A stretch of DNA of 63,229 nt, filler included, from Octopus bimaculoides (lineage: Eukaryota), in assembly GCF_001194135.2 (NCBI RefSeq). It is 11 parts of 10 records of this genome, joined end to end, with 100 filler letters (N's around TTAATTAATTAA, not from the genome) between each part and the next. Parts side by side here need not be neighbours in the genome. Positions count along the whole stretch, not along the records: positions 34,579 to 40,235 come from NC_068981.1; positions 40,336 to 51,064 come from NC_068989.1; 9 more parts are not named here. The stretch is one strand, 5' to 3'. Made by a program: the position numbers and the translations under genes. Positions 36,793 through 48,677 of the stretch are shown here, piece after piece. Position 1 is the first letter of the stretch, and each line of letters starts with the position of its first letter. Under the pieces are notes generated by a model. The model did not search any database, was not told the origin of the DNA, and was given only the letters and a program-made list of their open reading frames with translations.

Positions 36793-38029
36793 NNNNNNNN
36801 NNNNNNNNNNNNNNNNNNNNNNNNNNNNNNNNNNNNNNNNNNNNNNNNNNNNNNNNNNNNNNNNNNNNNNNNNNNNNNNNNNNNNNNNNNNNNNNNNNNN
36901 NNNNNNNNNNNNNNNNNNNNNNNNNNNNNNNNNNNNNNNNNNNNNNNNNNNNNNNNNNNNNNNNNNNNNNNNNNNNNNNNNNNNNNNNNNNNNNNNNNNN
37001 NNNNNNNNNNNNNNNNNNNNNNNNNNNNNNNNNNNNNNNNNNNNNNNNNNNNNNNNNNNNNNNNNNNNNNNNNNNNNNNNNNNNNNNNNNNNNNNNNNNN
37101 NNNNNNNNNNNNNNNNNNNNNNNNNNNNNNNNNNNNNNNNNNNNNNNNNNNNNNNNNNNNNNNNNNNNNNNNNNNNNNNNNNNNNNNNNNNNNNNNNNNN
37201 NNNNNNNNNNNNNNNNNNNNNNNNNNNNNNNNNNNNNNNNNNNNNNNNNNNNNNNNNNNNNNNNNNNNNNNNNNNNNNTATATATATATATATCTTGCTT
37301 ATGGCAAACAACTTTATAAACCCGACGTCAAATTGTATAGATTATATATAATCTATGAATTCTGATTTATACTTTAATAATTTTTAAATATTATTCCTCT
37401 AAATATCTTGACAGTTGACTAAGTAAATAATAAATCATTGCGTTATTTTGTATATCTTCTTAACTATTTCTTTGGAAATCATTAAATTACCACGAATATT
37501 TCTTCCATATTTTTTCTTCATTTTTTTCATCGACGAAAATATTTTCAGTTGAATTTATGTTTCCACCTCTTTTTCTCCTTCTACGAAAATGTCTTTATCT
37601 AAACTTGACCCGACCAATTTGTCTTTCGTCCAATATGCTTTTGGTGAATCATTGCTCAAGCTTAATGCGGGCCTAATCATCCGACATGATTACGCTCCAA
37701 CATTTAAACAACCGCTTTCTCCACGCCTGTCCAATTTAATGCATCTCCAACTTTACATCCAACATCCCTCACCACGACTCTGAAAGGATAAAAGACAAAA
37801 CAAAACTCAGCAGAATTTGAACTCGGAGCAGAGAGAACGACGCAACAGTACCAAGGGATTTTGTGCCGCGCTAAAACAAACCTACCTGTTCGGCGCTAAT
37901 ATTTATTTTTACCTAAGCACAGAATTTCAGTAGCAATGGATATGTGGTTCAAAGGTTCAGTTTGTAATTACTAGGTATGGAGTTCGATCCCACCTCGAGA
38001 TACTTTGAGTGATTCTCCTCTACCATGGG

Positions 38030-38172
38030 CTAGAAGCTTGCTTAGCAACCAAATGGTTCCGGGTTCAGTCTCAGTGCCTGGCACCTTGGCAAGTCTCTTC
38101 TACTATAACCTCGGGCCGACCAAATCCTTGTGAGTGGATTTGGTAGACGGAAACTGAAACAAAACCGCCGTG

Positions 38173-38232
<60 letters not shown>

Positions 38233-38895
38233 TATATTATTAATAAATTCATAAACTTATCAATAATATTCTCAGGAAATCAATATATATCCAATATGAC
38301 ATGGTAATATAATAAATTTAAAATTTAAAATACAAATATACGAAATATAAATATAAATATGTATAAAAATATGAATGTAGATAAAGATACATGTGAATAT
38401 AAATGCGTATAAAAATTTTATGCGTAATTAAGCATGAATATTGTAAAGTCTAAAATATAAAAAAGCCTAATATAAAAACACATATATATATATATTTATT
38501 TGCTCAAAAAATAGAGCACTCAATATAAGTTCAGTTACATATTCTTTTAGAATATTACTTATAAAAGTTATATATATATATAGTTTTAGGGGAAAAAAAC
38601 AAGGTTATACTGTGAAACTTAATTTAATTTTAATTTTTAATAAATTGATTTTAATTGAGTTTTTACCTGTAATTTTAGATTTTATCCCTAATATGTATGC
38701 ATGTATATATATATATATATATATATATACATACGTATTTATGTGTGTGTCTTTGTGTCTGTGTTAGTTCCTCCTACCATCGCTTGACAACCGATGCTGA
38801 TGTGTTTATGTTCCCGAAGCTTAGCGGCTCGGCAAAAGGGCCCGATGGAATAAGTACGGCATGGCGGCAGTCAAATGACTGAAACGTGTGAAAGA
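38030..38895 (+). mobile_element. SINE family C head (38030-38172) and tail (38740-38895) separated by about 570 bp of AT-rich and microsatellite DNA
   Basis: Head and tail match 4622-4984. Confidence 0.7.
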
Positions 38896-39117
38896 GTGAA
38901 AAAAAAGTATAAAGTATGGAATACCGACAATAGGTGTTGGATTGAATCTGTCGTCGTCCAGACTGACGTGAGCGGAACCAACTCCGCTCAAAACATTCAA
39001 ATCAAGACTACAGACTCCTGATCCCTTCCCTTTTCCAATATCACGGTCGCGAAGAAACTAAAAGGGAGTCATCGACGTTGGCTTTTCAGCACAAAGATTC
39101 TTTATACTATAGGCAAA

Positions 39118-39315
39118 AGAGAGGATGCCTTGTTGGTTACATCGACTTCCCCCACCCTCTCTCCAGTGCTCAACTGGTACTTATTTTATTGACCTCCATA
39201 GGATGAAAGGCAAAGTCAATCTCGGCGGAATTTGGACTCAAAAAGTAAAGCCAGAAGAAATGCCGCTGAGTATTTTGTTCGGTGCAGTAACGATTCTACC
39301 ACCTCACCGCCTTAA
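39118..39315 (-). mobile_element. SINE family A copy
   Basis: aactggtacttattttattgacc...gcaaagtcaatctcggcggaatttggactca...caccgcctta. Confidence 0.8.
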
Positions 39316-39345
39316 TAATAATAAGAAGAAGAATAAGAATAATGA

Positions 39346-39401
<56 letters not shown>

Positions 39402-39514
39402 ACAGTAATAATAATAATAATAATGAGAAGAAGAAGAAGAAGAAGAAGAAGAAGAAGAAGAAGAAGAAGAAGAAGAAGAAGAAGAAGAAGAAGAAGAAGA
39501 AGAAGAAGAATGAA

Positions 39515-39840
39515 TGAAAAACTAAAAAAACTACGACGAATTGAAGTGGAAATACGCAAGCTGTGGATAATCGAGTGGACGTGATACTAATAGTAATCGG
39601 CGCGCTTGGAAGTATCAGCACTCAGCTACCAGCATGGCTCAAAAAGATTCGTCCAAATGTAAAGCGAGAGCATTTACTAAAATCATCATAACTTGGAAAT
39701 GCAAGAGTTCTCTGCAGGGTTCTTGAAATATGATCAGTAAAAAGTGTCACTTTAGTTTGCTGGATGCGAGCAGCTGGCACGTTCCATCATACTCAGCAAA
39801 ATAAGCTGAGAGTTTTCATCAAATAGTAATAAGAATGATG
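39515..39840 (+). mobile_element. R4/Dong-like LINE extreme 3' end
   Basis: EKLKKLRRIEVEIRKLW...VILIVIGALGSIST...LGNARVLCRVLEI*, directly after a compound (AAT)(AGT)(AAG) microsatellite. Confidence 0.75.
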
Positions 39841-39842
39841 AA

Positions 39843-40031
39843 GATTTCAAATTTTAGCACAAGGCCAGCAGTTTCAGGGGATGGGGTATGTTGAACACAT
39901 CGACCCCAGTACTCAACTGATACTTATTTCATTGACACCGAAAGGATGAAAGGGGAAGTCGAACTCGGTGGAATTTAAACTCAGAAGGTAAAGTCGGACG
40001 GATTCTGCCAGGTCTTTACACTACTATTACT

Positions 40032-40085
<54 letters not shown>

Positions 40086-40235
40086 GAAGATGATGATGAT
40101 GATGATGATGATAATAATAATCTTTTCTACTATAGGCACAAGGCCTGAAATTTTGGGGGAGGTGGCCAGTCGATTAGATCGACGCCAGTACGCAACTGGT
40201 ACTTAATTTATCGATCCTGAAAGGATGAAATGCAA
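39843..40235 (-). mobile_element. Two SINE family A 3' fragments separated by (AAT)/(GAT) repeats
   Basis: Both contain cacaaggcc...cgac(c/g)ccagtac(t/g)caactg(a/g)tactt...gaaaggatgaaa. Confidence 0.75.
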
Positions 40236-40335
40236 NNNNNNNNNNNNNNNNNNNNNNNNNNNNNNNNNNNNNNNNNNNNTTAATTAATTAANNNNNNNNN
40301 NNNNNNNNNNNNNNNNNNNNNNNNNNNNNNNNNNN

Positions 40336-40367
<32 letters not shown>

Positions 40368-41219
40368 TGTATATATTATTATATACCTATATACCTGCAT
40401 ACATTCATGTGTATGTATATATACATATGTGTACGAGATGCATTCCAAAAGTTTTGAGAATTTAAGGAGAGACAGCTATAACTGTCCTAGATTATTGTGA
40501 TTTTAGCATATCATTACTATACATCTAATAAACTGACCTGCCAACTTTATTATTCCACTGGCGTCAGTGCTATCGATTAATTATTCAATATTATTCCATC
40601 AATATTACTGGTCTTGCGAAAATATGGTGAGCTGGCTGAATCATTAGCGTGTCAGGAAAAATGCTTAGCGGTATTTCGTCCGTTTCTACACTCTGAGTTC
40701 AAATGCCACAAGTATCGAATTTACCTTTCTTTTCTTTTGATCTCTATAAGCTGAGTACCAGTTGAGCACTGGCATCGATATAATCGACTTATCTTTTCCC
40801 CTAAAATTGCTGGCCTTGTGTCAAACTTTGAAATCAATATTACTGGTCATGTATCTAAATTAGAAATGGTTATTCAGGGCGATGGAATGGCAGAATCGTT
40901 GGAGCATAGAAAAAAACTATGTTTTGTGGTATTTGTTACAGCTGTTTACGTTCTAAGTTCAAATCTCACCAAAACCTACTTTGCTTGTCTTCCTCTCCCT
41001 CAAGATTACTGCCCTTGTGTGCATGTTAGAAACAATTATTAATAAGTACTTCGTTATAGCGACCCTACATAGATGCAAAGCAAAGTTGAGTTCGGATCCC
41101 ACCGATGTCAAATTTGCCTTTCATCCCTCCGGAGTCGATAAATAAAGTATCGGTCAACTACAACTGTCACCTGTCTCCTAGCTCAAATTTGAGTCCACAC
41201 ACACACACACATTTATATA

Positions 41220-41336
41220 CAGGGTGTGCCATAATGATGGAACATATTTAAAATGTTAGTATCTTGGATTATAACAATGACATGAAGTACCAAATATATT
41301 TATTACATAAATGCCCCATCATTATGACCCACTCTG
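41220..41336. mobile_element. Tiny Tc1/mariner-type MITE (117 bp) flanked by TA
   Basis: cagggtgtgccataatgatgg versus the reverse-complemented end cagagtgggtcataatgatgg. Confidence 0.7.
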
Positions 41337-41680
41337 TATATATAAACTGAAACTGAAGCTAACCATCACCCACGAGCATGACTTGGTAATATGTATCATG
41401 CTTTCAGTAATTGATTAGGGTGCTTATCTAACCGAAAGCTGATACAGCCACACACACTCAGAATGTGACATCCAAATCTGATCCAGAATGTGACATCTGA
41501 AGTGAGAGGGCTGCATCAACCTGTAGCTTGAACTCATTTACAACTACATAGATAGACTAGTGCAACATGAATGAAGTGTCTTGATTAAGGACAAAAATTA
41601 CGTCGCCCAGTCCAGAAATCGAACCTATGATCTTATAATCACGAGTCGAACAACTCTAGTCCACTCACTTTCATCTAAGT

Positions 41681-41933
41681 CAATGGTTCTCAACCAGGGT
41701 CTGTATGGCCCTTGGGGGTCCATATATGATTTTATTGTAAAAATGTATCTACAATAAATTAGTTATATTTCTACTATACACAAAATATTTTAATAATTAT
41801 TTTTATACAATCCCTAATAATATTTCATTTTAAAAATATGATAGACATTTTTAACATCGAATGATTATGAGGTTTCATTCAAGTAAAATAGGGGCCAAAG
41901 AGCTCCATAAGTGAAAATGGTTGAGAAACACTT
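41681..41933. mobile_element. hAT-type MITE
   Basis: Termini caatggttctcaacc...ggttgagaaacactt resemble the CAGTGGTTCTCAACC hAT TIR; flanks atctaagt and atctatgc may be a decayed 8-bp TSD. Confidence 0.7.
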
Positions 41934-42000
41934 ATCTATGCATATGAGAAACTTTCATGAACAGTTACATCTAATGTATATGTCGGACGATGTGTATTAT

Positions 42001-42041
42001 TTTAATCCGATGACGTAATTCTAATACGTCATCGGATTAAA
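42001..42041. repeat. Perfect 17-bp-stem hairpin
   Basis: tttaatccgatgacgta-attctaa-tacgtcatcggattaaa. Confidence 0.9.
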
Positions 42042-43689
42042 CTATTACGTATATTCATCCCACACAGATTAATAATTAGTTTCACCGAATTCCAGGAAAG
42101 TGTTGAAATATATGTATTTTTAGAAAGACATTCATCCGCCGCATGATTTGGATTCTAGGAAGCTATGAGTATATTCTAGATCTGATGTATTGCCAATATG
42201 CTTTCTGGTTGTCTGTTGGGGTGAATGGGTTAAGTGTCTATAGTGGATACATGAATCAAGAGTTCATATAGGGTCACCACTTGTTTATTTATTAATTCAT
42301 TTATTTTTTTTAATTTCAGATTTTTAGAGTCATGTGTGAAGGCAATGCTCTGACTCATTTGCAACGTTTCTGAGATTGGTGGGAGAGAGAAGAGAAAGTA
42401 TTCTCGAACTGGAAATCTTATCTGAATGCTTATCACAGAATGGATTCCTCTAAAATCACCCCAGATGCCCGATTGTTATGTTAAACAAGGGAAGAAGAGA
42501 AGTCTACCACTGAAGTGAGCCGTGGTAGTATTTTAACTCAGAACGCAAAGAGCCGGAAAAAATACAGCTAGGTATCCGATCCGATACCACGCCAAACCAA
42601 TGCTCTGGAGTGGTTACTTTTCGTCGACTTTGAAAGGATGAAGTTAAATTTGATGACGGCGAGATTTGAACTGATAGCGTAGAGAGTCAGAACGAATGCA
42701 GCAAAGCATTCTATCCAACGCTCTAATGATTCACCTGTGATTAACCTTCTGCTAACCATAGTCATCCCATATTTTTCAGACACGGTGTGCATACAAGGAC
42801 TACATAATCCAATGTATTCTTTCTTATTATAGGAAAGTAGTATATGATACGAGAGAATTCTGGTTACAGTTTCTAGTAGGTCGGGGCTTCAGTAATAGCT
42901 TATTATATTTGCTTGTCATACAAATCTTTTGTGCTCAGAGATGGATTAGTCCGTTTCACTGTAAACATACTTTAATTAGTCTCCGCTTACTACTACAACC
43001 AATGTCTATAATTAAGGAGTGCTCTTTCGGCCTTTATTGCTGAGTTTAATCTTTCACTTTACTTCAAACATTAAGAAATTAATAGAGTCACCAAGCGATC
43101 AATATTTCCGTTTTTATATTGAAAGGGCTATTAATGCACCAAAAACTGGACGTTTGTGAGGATGAGATACGCGGTTGTAATAACATAGTAGTTCCCAGCA
43201 GAGTTATTTTAGAGATTGTTTTTGGTGGCATATAAAGCATTGAATGTGAGTTAGCAGTCATCTGCCTCAATAAATCACCAACTTAATAAAGAAGAAGAAA
43301 ACATGGAGCATAAAAATAGTAAGAACAATTCTAACACTAACAAATAAAAGAATCAACTCTGTTGGTTATGAAATAAAATTGACGCATCACAAGTCTTGTT
43401 TTTTGTGCGTATTCGACGTGCAAGAAAAAATGTTGTATGGTTAATTCCTACTCACACTGATTAGTTTTATGGGGGTGGGTACGTAGATATGTATGTATAT
43501 GTATGTATATAACTAGGTATGCACACACACACGTCAGAAAAAATGAGATAGAGAAGGAATAAACAATTATCTTATGGACTTCATTAGCTTACAGCTGTTT
43601 CTGCTACAAGATGCAGTGAACTCATATTTGAGTGTCTGAGTAACACCATATAGCTTCAATGAAGCCTCAAACATGAATATATATATGAT

Positions 43690-44280
43690 TTTATTTGGTA
43701 TAGTTTCAGCTCATGAGCTGTTGCCATGCTGAGACACTGCCATTTGATGTTGCTACATAATTTTACTTCACTAATCCTTTTTAGAAATTAACATTTGGTG
43801 CATGAGGGAGTTTGATGCTGCTGCCCTCATCTGCACTTCCTCCTGTGAAGTTGGTTCATCTGAGACACTTGACAGTAAGAGGTCTAGTTTCGTTTTGAAA
43901 ACACATCCACCCCATGCAGATCTCTCAGATTCTTCGGGAGAATAATGAAGAGCTGTGGTATTTTAAAGCTTAGACTTTTGCAAAATCTTGTCCTATATCT
44001 TGATGACAAATTTAGAGTCTTTGGCACAACGCTGTTCTAGCATTAGTGTAACTCTCGATGCCAAAGTTTGGGACAAGTCCCTCTAGGGCCTTCCAGATTT
44101 ATATTATGGCATATCTTTCTCGCCTACGCTCTAAGAAATAGTGTTTTAACCTCTGGAGTCTTTCTCAGTAGCTTATATGCTGCATAGCGGCTATCTTCGT
44201 GTAGCTTCGTTGGATTGCCTCAAGCTCTGCAATTAATTTTACATTGGCTGGTGACCATAACTGGGAGCAATAGTATATAA
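43690..44280 (-). mobile_element. CR1/L2-group LINE 3' end
   Basis: YCSQLWSPANVKLIAELEAIQRSYTKI...LERRRERYAII...IWKALEGLVPNFG...FKTKLDL. Confidence 0.8.
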
Positions 44281-44287
44281 ATGTATG

Positions 44288-44318
<31 letters not shown>

Positions 44319-44639
44319 NNNNNNNNNNNNNNNNNNNNNNNNNNNNNNNNNNNNNNNNNNNNNNNNNNNNNNNNNNNNNNNNNNNNNTATATATATGTAT
44401 AATATTTATAAGTATATATATATGTATATATATATGTATATATATGTATACATATATATACATGCATATATATATACATACATATATATACATATATATA
44501 TATATGTATATATATACATGTATACACACACAGACATATACAGTGTGTAGGAGAACGCGATGTAAGCGTGGTATAGATGTTCACAGAGTAGTGTTCAGAT
44601 AGATAAGAACGTAAAATCCATTCCTTCATCCGGGATAGT

Positions 44640-44890
44640 CCCTCCGGCGTTGAAAATTAGCTATAATAGCGATCGTCATGATCCTGTATCTCTGTGAGAG
44701 AAATATAAAGAAGACCTTTCTGAAGGCTTCAGACACCATGGACAACTGCTGCTTCTTGGCTCGGAGGTAGGCTTTAGCGATGAATTCTACAACAGAGCTC
44801 ATTGATATTGAAGATAGAATTTTATATGCTGGCGGAAATGAACTGCCATCTTATGGGCTACTAAATGTCCACCGAACGGGCCCACACACG
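44640..44890 (+). mobile_element. Helitron RepHel fragment (Rep-to-helicase linker)
   Basis: PVSL*EKYKEDLSEGF...FYNRA...IDIEDRILYAGGNELPSYGL. Confidence 0.65.
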
Positions 44891-44899
44891 CTTCCAACA

Positions 44900-46100
44900 G
44901 GCATAATTCAGGAAACATGGTGTATGGCGCATGGCGTCCTGTGTGTATTCATGCACGTAGCAAGGACTTGCTGTAAACGTTGGCGCAAGTATGTACACTT
45001 TTCAAAGGTTTTCGGGAGCGACGTCATTGTTGATGCCATCTCGAAGGTGAATGTAGCTCTCTGAACGCAAACGCTTTTGGCTTTGCTTAATGTAGCACTA
45101 TCTGTCAGACTCCATTTTCTCGCACATGTCCACAGCAGATTCATGGAAAAGGTCTCTTGCACGGTGGAAGTGATTGAAGCAGCTATCGGGGACCATGAAA
45201 CTGTAAGCGTAGAATTGCTTGCAGGAGACTGTTTTGTTGTTGTCACACAAAAAAATTCCGAAGTGATACCCATTAGCGCCATCTGGAAAAAGAAGGGTAT
45301 ATTGCATTGCGTCATATGACATGTGGGTCTCACTGATCCGTTGCAGGGTCTTGTCCCTACACTGAAAGATAATGTCTCGTTTGTTGTGGTGTTCTCCATG
45401 AAGAACCACAGCAATTTCATTGCATGTTGGTGCATTAAAGCGACCTGCATAGGAGCCAGGTAGGTGGCTTCTTGTCAGTGTCAATGACAACAGCAAAGTT
45501 TGGCGTAGGGCAGCTTCCAATGCGTATTTGAAGCTGCATACATAGTTGTTCTCTTCGTCCAACATCTTTTGAAGTTTTAGCAGGCTGTCTATTTTTGGGG
45601 CCAGGTGAAATTGAAGCACGACTTTCTGCTTGGTCCATGTACTCACCGACGAAGTAGATTTGTAGGAACTGAGGCTCTTGGTTTGACATTGGCAGAAGCG
45701 TTCCGATCTGTGGTAAATTTGCCCAGGGACTTTTAAAAGTTGCTATGACGCCGCACTCTTGTATGATTGTAGCTCCAAAAGAAGTCATTTGAAATGCTGA
45801 ATTGTCTCTCCTAAGGTTGTCAAGGAAAAGTTCAGACTCCAATGCTGAACTTGTCATTAAATAATTCAAAGGGGCGGTGGAACCTTTATAGGAGGCCGTT
45901 GGACCTTACCATTCGGGCAGCACAGTCCTTAAGTCTTCCCCTGGTCACTTTTTCGAGCTGCAGAAGTGACAGATGACAGACATGCCACTTATTTGGACAT
46001 CGGGCAAAATGGCATAATTTACGGAAGGGTCACAACTGAAGGCTTTTAGTGGCTATTGGGAGCTACTGGCCCTAGAAATACCTCAGCTGTTATATCTTCG
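44900..46100 (-). mobile_element. Helitron RepHel N-terminal and Rep remnant
   Basis: Cys-rich ICHFCSSKK...CCPNGKV, FLDNLRRDNSAFQMTSFG, EPQFLQIYFVG, GRFNAPTCNEIAVV, QRISETHMSYDAMQYTLLFPDG and PTFTASPCYVHEYTQDAM; frameshifted. Confidence 0.9.
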
Positions 46101-46489
46101 GCGCGCATTGGTGTCTATTCTACAAAGGCACGATCAGGTGAACAGTGTTCCACCAATGAAATTCAGTCAAAGAATTAATTAGATGCGCTCATTATAGTGG
46201 AAAATCAATAGTTTTCTCGCGCATAGGTCAAAGGTCATGTTCGCAGTTCACTTTTTATTGACAGACCATTGACATAATGTTGTCATTAAAGAAAATGGTG
46301 GTGAAAAGGGGGCAACGATAATGGGGCGGGGTGGTGGTGGTGGTGGTGGTGGTGGTGAGTAAATACTCTGGACGTGGTAAAAGCAGTCATTTACACCAAA
46401 TAAAAGGCTTAAATGGGTGGGGGACATCATGGCCGTGGGCGATAATAGCGGGGTATTTTATGTAAACACTAATGCAACACCAATCTTAG

Positions 46490-46680
46490 TCTTCGGAAAT
46501 ATTTCATCTTCAATTGCTCTTTCATCTCGTTAAACTCTAGTATGCCAAGATATTTGTAGCCTTCCGTTTCAATTTGTTTTATCAGGTTTCTATTCGGTAA
46601 TTCTATCCCTGCTAGGGACTGTACCTTGCCTCTTTTTAGGGACATTATTCCACACTTCTTGAGTCCGAATTTCATTACTA
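46490..46680 (-). mobile_element. R4/Dong-like RT thumb fragment
   Basis: MKFGLKKCGIMSLKRGK...YKYLGILE...KYFRRLRLVL; abuts (GTA)n. Confidence 0.8.
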
Positions 46681-46789
46681 CTACTACTACTACTACTACT
46701 ACTGCTGCTGGTGGTGCTGCTGGTGGTGCTGCTGCTGCTGGTGCTGCTGCTGCTGGTGCTGCTGCTACTACTACTACTACTATTTTAAG

Positions 46790-47000
46790 GCGGTGATGTG
46801 ACAGAATCGTTACAGCGCCGGTCAAAATGCCCAGCATCATTTTGTCCGTCTTTACCTTCTGAGCTGAAATGCCAATGAGGTTGATTTCGCCTTTCACTCT
46901 ATGGAAGTCGTTGAAGTAGTACCACGTCAAGTACTGGAGGTGGGGTGCGATGTAATCAACTAACCCCATCCCCCCTAGTTTCGGACCTAGTTCCTTTAGC
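46790..47000 (+). mobile_element. SINE family A, degenerate
   Basis: aaggcggtgatgtgacagaatcgtta...ccggtcaaaatgcccagc...gaggttgatttcgcctttcact. Confidence 0.7.
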
Positions 47001-47175
47001 AGAAAGGGGTTAGCGTTAATAAGCGTTAGTAATGTTAATATTAACACTACATGGAATCAACACTGGAAAATTGCTTGAGTTTTTTTTCCCTAATTTGTTT
47101 ATTTTAATTGTTTTTGGGGCCTTCCATAGCGTTATTGTTTTGTGAAGACTACTAGGTACCCACTGAAGAACTTAC

Positions 47176-47262
47176 TCTCCCTTTTAACCACAGAAGGGTT
47201 TTGTGCCCGTTCCAGAATTCTTGGTTCAAAATGTTTCTTATATTTAGATGAAAATCGTCTAT
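47176..47262 (-). CDS. Candidate 87-nt internal exon, unidentified
   Basis: Acceptor cctctgcccgctccccttttctttatacctag and donor GA|gtaagt; two frames open (IDDFHLNIRNILNQEFWNGHKTLLWLKGR or RRFSSKYKKHFEPRILERAQNPSVVKRE); no family recognised. Confidence 0.3.
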
Positions 47263-47793
47263 CTAGGTATAAAGAAAAGGGGAGCGGGCAGAGGAGAGTA
47301 TTTGTCTCTCGTCCCTTCTGTCCTGTATCAGCAAACATCACTCCATTGACAGACCCAGTCGCTTCTACTAGCAAGCTCTGGCAGAGTAGATCTGCCGGTG
47401 TGAATCATTCTGAGAAGCCCTCACTAAGATGGCGAAAAGCAACAACAATACAACTATGACTACCACAAAACAACAAAAAATCATAAGCAATACCAACAAT
47501 AACAATACCAGCGGCGGCAGTAGCAGCAGCAGTAGCAACAGCCATAAAAACAACAAAGATAACGTCAATGAAAACGACCATAACAAAATCAACAATAAAG
47601 ACAGCAACAGTAACTCAAATAAGGAAAATAACAGAAATAACGATATAACTAAGAAAAACCCCCACATATTTAGCTCATATCAGAAGCCGTTGGTTAACAC
47701 ATACACTTGAGAGAGGAGCAGATGTAGTTCAAACGTATATGACTGAAATAAAGAGACCGCTAAAAACAAAGTACCATTTTATACAAGTGCATA

Positions 47794-47958
47794 TAGTCGT
47801 GGCCAAGAGTTTGGAACATTTAAAAAAAATTTTAATTGTTATGCCATAGTACAATTCGATTCAAGTATATACAACGTAGAGATACACTTACCTAATAACT
47901 TATCCAATGGTTCAATTGTAATTTTCAAATCTATGTTCCAAACTTTTGGCCACGACTG
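47794..47958. mobile_element. Tc1-type MITE (165 bp) with TA target duplication
   Basis: (c/t)agtcgtggccaa(g/a)agtttggaacat inverted at both ends; TA at 47792-47793 and 47959-47960. Confidence 0.9.
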
Positions 47959-48643
47959 TAAATCATAAAGACACAAGGTTCCATTCCAGCCAAAACTGAG
48001 AAATGTTTGGAAGAAATGTAGTTTTCAGTAGTTTATACAGCCGGAAGAAGACAACACGTGACAGTGGTAGCCATCTGCAGACGACGGTAAGAAGCTCGAA
48101 CGGTGGCTACAACATACAGCTCCTAACAATTTGCTATGATACCACTGTTTACAGGATGCCGCGTAGTTAAAGTCAGGGTCACCAGTGTATCTCTTCACAT
48201 GGGCTAAGCCAGGATAATGGCAAAGCTAAAAGATCATGGAGAATGAAACCAGAGTCAAACAAAAGAGTCAATAGAGTCCCAGCTTTTGAATGCTTCCGAA
48301 AGATGTTCCTGGCATCCCGAATATATATTTCAGAGATTTTTAGCAGGTGAGGGTGGTCGAAGAGGGTGGAAAATCCAAATGCAACATTTGTTACAAAACA
48401 GACCATCTGCCTTCTGACCTAGAAGAGAAAGGATAAGAACAGAGTGTCACATTGCATCACTGCTATTAGCATCAAAATTGTTCCAGTCACAGGTTGCAAT
48501 ATTTAAAACCACTACTATTATCACCACCAAAACTAACGCCATTACCACCACCACCAAAACTACCACCACTACCGCCTCCACCGCCTCCACCATCACAACA
48601 ACAACATCAACAACAACAATATGGCATTTCTCTGTACACTTAC

Positions 48644-48677
48644 GCTGAGAAGCTCAGAAACTTGTCTCCCTTCACCA
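48644..48677 (-). CDS. Candidate 34-nt micro-exon, unidentified
   Basis: Acceptor ttgtttgtttgttttcttttttgtag and donor GC|gtaagt. Confidence 0.25.

Noticed and set aside
38973-38994. GC-rich hairpin tgagcgga-accaac-tccgctca
   Set aside because: An 8-bp stem with no Helitron CTRR end or other supporting context; could be chance.
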